From the NCBI GenBank assembly GCA_048939015.1, contig JBHLPW010000097.1, positions 1 to 11,484 of the forward strand: 11,484 bases of DNA. The letters are read 5' to 3'. The stretch is from Promethearchaeota archaeon. GTDB lineage: Archaea > Asgardarchaeota > Lokiarchaeia > Sigyniarchaeales > SOKP01. Of the stretch, positions 6,219 through 11,484 are shown in pieces (within the stretch, counting starts at the first letter, position 1; the number at the start of each line of letters is the position of its first letter). Under the pieces are notes generated by a model. That model worked only from the letters and a program-made list of their open reading frames with translations, was not told the DNA's origin and did not search any database. The translations under genes and the position numbers were made by a program.

Positions 6219-8096
6219 TTATAATAAACCCTCTTTTTTAAGCTTCAATTCAACATCTTTTAAAGCCAACTTTTCCAATATTTCAGAAGTGGGTACACCT
6301 TCGTCATTCCACCCCACAGCTATGTAATATTCGGATTTTAATTCCTCGAACAAATCTTTATCAATTGATACCCCTTTATATGGTCCCGATGGGAGAGGTT
6401 CCCAAAATCTAGACGGTAGAGTATTATCTTCATTTGATCTCCATTCGGCATCCGGTCCTCCAAGTAGTGCCACGCTTCTCTGTAATTGTAATATTCTTAA
6501 CCCTTTTTCACTGAACCAACTTTCTTTTGGTAATTCCCAACCTGTAACAGCGTGATAGAAACTCGCAATTTGGTCAAAATCTAAGGTGAAGGTGGTAAAA
6601 AAACAATAGACTCCAGAATCGCTCAGAATTGAGTATAATTCGCTTCCATTTCCATCAAGAGGAAGTGCTGCTGATGAAGTATGATCTCCTGCTTGAACTG
6701 ATACACTATATCCAATAGGAGTTTGTGTAACCATGTCCTTGCCGCTTTTAAGACCGTGACCTCCAATTGCCATTCCTTTAAGATGAACAGCATATTTGAG
6801 AACTTCTGTTTTTTTCATTTCTTCAAGTTTCAAAGCGGCTCGATATATACCTTCTGCTAATATATCCCCAATACCTTCTCTAAAAGCAATTTTTTTAGCT
6901 AATTCTGCAAATGCGTCTACATTTCCCCATTCAAGATCAATTCCTCCTAAATCTTCTTTTGAAATGATACCTCTTTGGAATAATTCTCCAGTGAAACCCA
7001 AAATTGCACCACCTTGAATACCACAAAATCCTAATTCTTCTATTATATATGATAGATAAATATTTTGTTCTGGTGTAAAAATACCCAAATTTGTCCCCAA
7101 GAATGCCTCAAGCTCGTAATCAGGATTATCACATATTGCCCCTGCATATTTTCCATCTCTTAACACCGCCAACTTTAGGCACGTAACAGGACAACCGTAA
7201 TCTCCCCAGTATTTTTTCACCCAAAATTTGTCGAATTCTTCACCTCTATAACTTTTCTCATTATGCCATTCTTCCTGCCAATTTTTAATTGGCTCTGAAC
7301 TTGAGTCTGCACCAAATGTATATCCTCCCGAGCCTGTACCCCAACGTCTAAAAAATTCTATATTAAAACAATTATCTGAAAATTCCTGAGATAGCTCGAG
7401 CATTTTATCCTGATCAATCACATCTGGTAAGGGACCAAAACCTTTTACAACCACAGCTTTCAAGTTTTTTGAACCCATTACACCACCATATCCACCGTAA
7501 CCAGCAGCATGTGCATATTTTGCTACCACAGCGGCTACCCTGGATCTGTTTTCTCCAGCAGGACCTATATAAAGAACCGAAGGTTCCTTAAACTCCCCAT
7601 AATTAGGATGAATCTTTTTGATATCATTAATCGAATCCTTTATGAGATAACGCATAGATTCTCTACTAGTTTTTCCCCATACATATGAAGCATCCTTAAT
7701 CTCTATGTAATCGTCACAAATAAATATATAACTCGGTTTTTCAGCCTTTCCAGTAAAAATTATTCCATCATAACCTGCACATTTCAATTCCACGCCAAAC
7801 TCTCCCGCGACTGTTGAACCTATAATCCCATTACCCTGAGGAGATTTTCCAGTTACGCAAATTCTAGCACCAAGAAAATATCCCGTAAAAGGACCGGTAA
7901 GCATAAGTAAAATGTTTTCAGGACCTAGTGGATCAATCATCTCCCACTTATTTCCAAGCCTATCCCATAATATCTTTACTCCTAAACCCCTTCCTCCGAT
8001 GTAATCCTGAAGAATTTTATCTGAAAATGTAACTTTTTCAATTTTTTTATTTGTCAAATCTATTTCCAGAAACTTTCCTGCATAACCATTCACCAT
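6219..8096 (-). CDS. wor5L: Tungsten-containing aldehyde:ferredoxin oxidoreductase family, large subunit; WOR5 (aliphatic sulfonate:ferredoxin oxidoreductase)-like
   Basis: AOR-family motifs YIGGRGLG, DPLGPEN, KSPQ, ELKCAGYDGI, IGPAGEN and GVMGSKNLKAV. Stretches I recall as characteristic of P. furiosus WOR5L: HAAGYGGYG, WGTGSGGY..SSEPIKNWQEE, KKYWGDYGCPVTC, SVQAGDHTS and LLGGPD. SD GAGGTG at 8102-8107. Overlaps the small-subunit gene by 7 nt. Confidence 0.9.
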   Translation of the reverse strand: MVNGYAGKFLEIDLTNKKIEKVTFSDKILQDYIGGRGLGVKILWDRLGNKWEMIDPLGPENILLMLTGPFTGYFLGARICVTGKSPQGNGIIGSTVAGEFGVELKCAGYDGIIFTGKAEKPSYIFICDDYIEIKDASYVWGKTSRESMRYLIKDSINDIKKIHPNYGEFKEPSVLYIGPAGENRSRVAAVVAKYAHAAGYGGYGGVMGSKNLKAVVVKGFGPLPDVIDQDKMLELSQEFSDNCFNIEFFRRWGTGSGGYTFGADSSSEPIKNWQEEWHNEKSYRGEEFDKFWVKKYWGDYGCPVTCLKLAVLRDGKYAGAICDNPDYELEAFLGTNLGIFTPEQNIYLSYIIEELGFCGIQGGAILGFTGELFQRGIISKEDLGGIDLEWGNVDAFAELAKKIAFREGIGDILAEGIYRAALKLEEMKKTEVLKYAVHLKGMAIGGHGLKSGKDMVTQTPIGYSVSVQAGDHTSSAALPLDGNGSELYSILSDSGVYCFFTTFTLDFDQIASFYHAVTGWELPKESWFSEKGLRILQLQRSVALLGGPDAEWRSNEDNTLPSRFWEPLPSGPYKGVSIDKDLFEELKSEYYIAVGWNDEGVPTSEILEKLALKDVELKLKKEGLL

Positions 8097-8626
8097 TCAT
8101 ACACCTCTTCAGTTGTTTTTTCACCCAATATTTTTCTTGCAGTTTCAAATGCGAGTTTTTTAGGAGTTTTTGCTGATACTTTTTCCGTTTCTACATCTTG
8201 ACTACCTAAGAGAATCAAAGTATCCCACTTACCTTCCTGACAACTAATTGTACATTTTGGTTCTCCACCACATAAATCGCAAATCACTATATAATCATCT
8301 TGAGGATGAAGATGTGGTACTCTTCCAGGACAGGCATTAATACATATTCCACATGCGGTACATTTCGATTTATCAGTGATTACGGCTCCTGTATGATCAT
8401 CTACTGATAGAGCTTCCTCAGGACATGCCTCAACACAAGGGTAATTATTACATTGAAAGCAAAGATGAGGTATTTCAACTCCTGGAACAAACATAAAAAC
8501 TCTAACCCTAGAAGCTTCCGGCCAAATTTTCCCTTCATGATGTAGAGAACATACAATCTCACATCTTCTGCATCCACTGCATTTTTCATAAATTCTTTTT
8601 ATCCACAAATTATTTTCATTTTCCAT
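8090..8626 (-). CDS. wor5S: 4x[4Fe-4S] polyferredoxin-like small subunit of the tungsten oxidoreductase (WOR5S-like)
   Basis: 16 Cys in four groups: CSGCRRCEIVC, CFQCNNYPCVEAC, CTACGICINAC and CDLCGGEPKCTISC. HEGKIWPEASRVRVF matches my recollection of WOR5S. SD GTGAGGT at 8633-8639. The ATGGTGA overlap couples it translationally to the large subunit. Confidence 0.9.
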   Translation of the reverse strand: MENENNLWIKRIYEKCSGCRRCEIVCSLHHEGKIWPEASRVRVFMFVPGVEIPHLCFQCNNYPCVEACPEEALSVDDHTGAVITDKSKCTACGICINACPGRVPHLHPQDDYIVICDLCGGEPKCTISCQEGKWDTLILLGSQDVETEKVSAKTPKKLAFETARKILGEKTTEEVYEW

Positions 8627-8650
8627 AGCAATACCTCACTACTTGTAAAT

Positions 8651-8694
8651 TAAGAATAGAAGTATAAGAATAATTAGAAATATAAGAATAATTA
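8651..8694. repeat. 18-bp tandem duplication upstream of wor5S (TAGAARTATAAGAATAAT x2) plus a partial third copy
   Basis: 8657-8674 TAGAAGTATAAGAATAAT and 8675-8692 TAGAAATATAAGAATAAT differ by 1 mismatch. The core TAAGAATA also occurs at 8651 and 8779. Confidence 0.6.
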
Positions 8695-8798
8695 ACTTTA
8701 AAATTTAGACATAATATTGATATGATAATTTTTACAAAAATATTCAATTAATTAATATAAAAATTTTTAAAAATTAAATAAGAATAGGCAAGCATCAT

Positions 8799-9704
8799 AT
8801 GGTAGAAGATATTGAAATTAAGGAGGACAAAATTTTCGGGGGATGGCGAGCACCAGAAAATCTTATTAGAGCCAGTACTACATCTATTCATGATGATGAT
8901 GTAGCTAAAAGTGTTGGTATGCGTGGTGGGACAATACAAGGAACCATACATTTAAGCATGTTCGCACCTTTAGCGCAAAAAATATTTGGTGATCGTTGGT
9001 TTGAACAGGGAGCTGTCAGTATGTATTACACGTTTGCAACAATTGATAAAGAAGAAGTAAGAGCAATTATTGAATTGCCCCCAGATACTACTGAAGAGAT
9101 GCTTCCTATTGCAGCAAAAGATGTCCAAGTTAAAGCCTGGGCTGAAATGAAAAATAGACAACAAATAATGACTGGAACGGTATCAATAGGCTCCCCAAAA
9201 GAACCATCATATTTGCAAGCTGTAGAACTGAAAAATAGTCCTGCCGAAGAATTACGTATTTTAGCGAGGCATAAAGTTGGAGATGAACTTCCCGCTAAAG
9301 AGATTTTACTTACACAGGAAGAAGCCAATAAAGGTTTAAGAAGAATAACCGACCAACTAGAGTTTTATAAAGGTAAAGATAAATCTCCTTGGGGAAATGC
9401 GATTATTTATCCCACAGCTATGTTTGAGGCTATGGCATTTGGTTTCGCACATACAACTACTGAAGAATACAAAGCTGTTCCGTTCTATGGGGCGACCGAA
9501 ATTAGGTACATCAACGGCCCAGCACTCATTGGGGTTCCTTATATTGCTAAAGGTAAGTTTACCTGTATTGGAGCGTCAAAGAAGACAGAATATTTATGGC
9601 TTGATTCTACCTTAAAAGAAAAAGAAACGGGAAAAATTATAGCATCAATGCGTCATTTGAATCGTTTTATGAAAGTAGGATCCCCCCTTTATGAAAATCA
9701 TTAA
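8799..9704 (+). CDS. Double hotdog-fold protein (MaoC/acyl-CoA dehydratase-like)
   Basis: The N-terminal SIHDDDVAKSVGMRGGTIQG resembles the MaoC motif (PIHxDxxxAxxxGxxxxIAHG). The C-terminal half has SPWGNAIIYPTAMF and GATEIRYINGPALIG, typical of a second hotdog domain. Confidence 0.65.
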   Translation: MVEDIEIKEDKIFGGWRAPENLIRASTTSIHDDDVAKSVGMRGGTIQGTIHLSMFAPLAQKIFGDRWFEQGAVSMYYTFATIDKEEVRAIIELPPDTTEEMLPIAAKDVQVKAWAEMKNRQQIMTGTVSIGSPKEPSYLQAVELKNSPAEELRILARHKVGDELPAKEILLTQEEANKGLRRITDQLEFYKGKDKSPWGNAIIYPTAMFEAMAFGFAHTTTEEYKAVPFYGATEIRYINGPALIGVPYIAKGKFTCIGASKKTEYLWLDSTLKEKETGKIIASMRHLNRFMKVGSPLYENH

Positions 9705-9837
9705 TATTTAAAAAACATTCAAAAACAAAATTATATGATTTTTTCTATAAGTATTAAAAATTTTAACTCTGATACTTTATTTATAGTTAGAAACATAACC
9801 TATTTTGTAATAAAATCTTAAATCGAGAGAATAAAGA

Positions 9838-11169
9838 TTGGTCCGACCCCCGACAGAAAAAAATATTTGTCTTCGCTGTAAAGGTGCACGTTTATTATGC
9901 GGGAAAAAAACTTGTCCAATTCTATTAAAAAAGTCTGTAATGAAATCTTTAGTCCCCTTTGAATTAGATAAAACCAGAAGAGATGTAGAAATTTTTGGAG
10001 CCAGTCCCCCTGGATTTTTCGTTGGTCGTTTTAATTATCCAAATGTATACTTGGGACCACTAGTACCCTTTCAAGAATTTGAAACTGGACTTGATATATC
10101 AGATTATCATATTTTAGATGCTCCTGAACTATGGTTCGGAAAGAAAATGGTTGATGTCATTCGTTATAGAAGTAGTCTAGTTAGGAGTAATTTTAAGACA
10201 AATGTATTTATTGGGAAAAAGTCAAGGAAAAGTACTCCCTCCTTAAAAACTCAAAGACTTTTAGAAACCTCACAAGAATTATCAATGGCTGCTAGACCTG
10301 TAGATACTGAAACGAAATTAGAAAGAATGAATCTTAGAATGATGATGGACAACCATGCTTTACCAATGGGACCTTCTGGCACAACAGAAAAAATTACAAT
10401 TACTGAAAATACAAAGATCCATCCTCAAGTTGATTATTGTGTTTCTGATACAGATTTGAAAGCAGCTGAAGCGGTTTCAAAAAATCTATACTTTAAAGGA
10501 CACGTCCCTGAATCAACAATTAAAAGGGTTTTTTCAGCAGGTCTATTAGGGGAAAAAAAGAGACGCAGACTTGTTCCTACAAGATGGACAATTACAGCTG
10601 TAGATGATATAATTTCAAAAGCTTTAATTAAGGAAATCAAAAAATTTCCAGAAATAAATAATTATCAGATCTTCGAGGCAACCTATCTCGATAACCATTT
10701 TAAAATTCTATTATTTCCAGGGAAGTTTATATATGAAATGAATGAAGTGTGGGCACCAAATACGTTATGGAATATCTCTCTTGATGGTCGGAATCGTAAT
10801 TTAAAACCTCAGATAATGACTGATTTTGAATTTTATAATGGTAGAAAATCATATGCCAGTAATATTACGGGGGCATATTATGCTGCAAGAAAATCAGTAT
10901 GTGAATATCTCTATAAAATAAGGCGACAAGCAAGAGTTCTCATATTTCGAGAAGTTTCTGGGGGATATGTAGTACCTTTGGGAGTTTGGGTTATAAGAGA
11001 AACTGTTAATAATGCTATGTTTACAACTGATCCAATAAAATTAGATAATTTTAATGAATCTCTAAAAAAGATGGCAGAAGGATTTATGGTTGATTATAAA
11101 TATTGGAAAAAAAGTAGTAAATTAATTAATTTCATGAAAACACAAAGAACCCTTGATTATTTCACATAA
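9838..11169 (+). CDS. nreA: Archaeal PCNA-interacting DNA repair protein NreA (Nre family)
   Basis: N-terminal CLRCKGARLLCGKKTCP; GASPPGFFVGRFNYPNVYLGPL; RRLVPTRWTITAVDD; GAYYAAR; YVVPLGVWVIRETV; C-terminal PIP box QRTLDYFT. Confidence 0.93.
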   Translation: MVRPPTEKNICLRCKGARLLCGKKTCPILLKKSVMKSLVPFELDKTRRDVEIFGASPPGFFVGRFNYPNVYLGPLVPFQEFETGLDISDYHILDAPELWFGKKMVDVIRYRSSLVRSNFKTNVFIGKKSRKSTPSLKTQRLLETSQELSMAARPVDTETKLERMNLRMMMDNHALPMGPSGTTEKITITENTKIHPQVDYCVSDTDLKAAEAVSKNLYFKGHVPESTIKRVFSAGLLGEKKRRRLVPTRWTITAVDDIISKALIKEIKKFPEINNYQIFEATYLDNHFKILLFPGKFIYEMNEVWAPNTLWNISLDGRNRNLKPQIMTDFEFYNGRKSYASNITGAYYAARKSVCEYLYKIRRQARVLIFREVSGGYVVPLGVWVIRETVNNAMFTTDPIKLDNFNESLKKMAEGFMVDYKYWKKSSKLINFMKTQRTLDYFT

Positions 11170-11184
11170 CTTTTCTTAGTATTT

Positions 11185-11194
11185 AAAAAAAAAA
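11185..11194 (-). terminator. Oligo-T terminator for the Loki-CTERM gene
   Basis: A10 on the + strand lies about 30 nt past the minus-strand stop at 11223. Confidence 0.5.
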
Positions 11195-11222
11195 TAGGAG
11201 TTAATTTTTCATTGTTATAACC

Positions 11223-11483
11223 TTATAATTTTTTCCGATTCTTCTGAAGTAGGAATGAAATCCCTATCATTAACGCGATAGACGTTAGAAATATTGAATA
11301 TCCAGGTATTTCGGGAATCTCACCGTTTCCACCGTCTTCGCTTGGAGCTGTATATTGAATCTGTATTTGGTGTGAAGAAACGCCATACATATTTTTGACT
11401 TCCATCGTTATATCGTAATTTCCAGTAGTGACATTACCAAGATTATAATCTATAGTAGCGGGGATTACTGCCCATGCAGTCCA
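11223..11483 (-). CDS. C-terminal end of a cell-surface protein with Loki-CTERM (IPGY) sorting signal; 5'-truncated by the window
   Basis: The frame is open to the window edge: WTAWAVIPATIDYNLGNVTTGNYDITMEVKNMYGVSSHQIQIQYTAPSEDGGNGEIPEIPGYSIFLTSIALMIGISFLLQKNRKKL*. It shows Ig-like beta strands, an N-glycosylation sequon NVT, a Gly/acidic linker, IPGY, a TM helix and a basic tail. The 60-aa ORF in the track is only its tail. Confidence 0.85.
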   Translation of the reverse strand, partial: WTAWAVIPATIDYNLGNVTTGNYDITMEVKNMYGVSSHQIQIQYTAPSEDGGNGEIPEIPGYSIFLTSIALMIGISFLLQKNRKKL

Positions 11484-11484
11484 G

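Noticed and set aside
8090-8092. TGA ending wor5S as selenocysteine or readthrough (Lokiarchaeia use Sec)
   Set aside because: It is not at a Cys-equivalent position, all 16 Cys are already present, the large subunit starts in another frame with its own SD, and no SECIS was seen.
8651-8694. Tandem repeat as a CRISPR remnant
   Set aside because: Only two adjacent 18-bp units, with no spacers and no cas genes.
4791-10640. Short ORFs in the track (4791..4982, 5473..5664, 6796..7017, 8401..8589, 8748..8951, 8970..9164, 9026..9328, 9397..9615, 10434..10640)
   Set aside because: All are antisense or out-of-frame shadows of well-supported genes, with no recognisable motifs.

Overview
AT-rich archaeal DNA, most likely from an Asgard archaeon (Lokiarchaeia/Promethearchaeota). 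The evidence is a C-terminal IPGY-TM-basic 'Loki-CTERM' sorting tail, archaeal NreA with a PIP box, GAGGTG Shine-Dalgarno motifs and oligo-T terminators. It holds 12 protein-coding genes, 2 of them truncated by the window edges: a wHTH regulator, two paralogous 4-TM membrane proteins with 10 invariant Cys, an orphan helical protein, an F420-dependent (Ddn/DUF385-like) reductase, a SAM methyltransferase, an atypical CLC anion channel, a two-subunit tungsten oxidoreductase closely resembling Pyrococcus WOR5 (aliphatic sulfonate:ferredoxin oxidoreductase), a double-hotdog protein, NreA and a Loki-CTERM surface protein. The most notable observations are: (1) the uncharacterised 10-Cys, internally duplicated membrane protein family, present as two intact copies plus a decayed third 3' fragment at 2296-2372 that the ORF track misses; (2) a WOR5SL/ASOR-like operon with a probable Asp-ligated Fe-S cluster; (3) a neighbouring CLC with three altered selectivity or coupling residues. 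No rRNA, tRNA, CRISPR array or transposase was seen. Family assignments come from motif recognition and memory, not from database searches.
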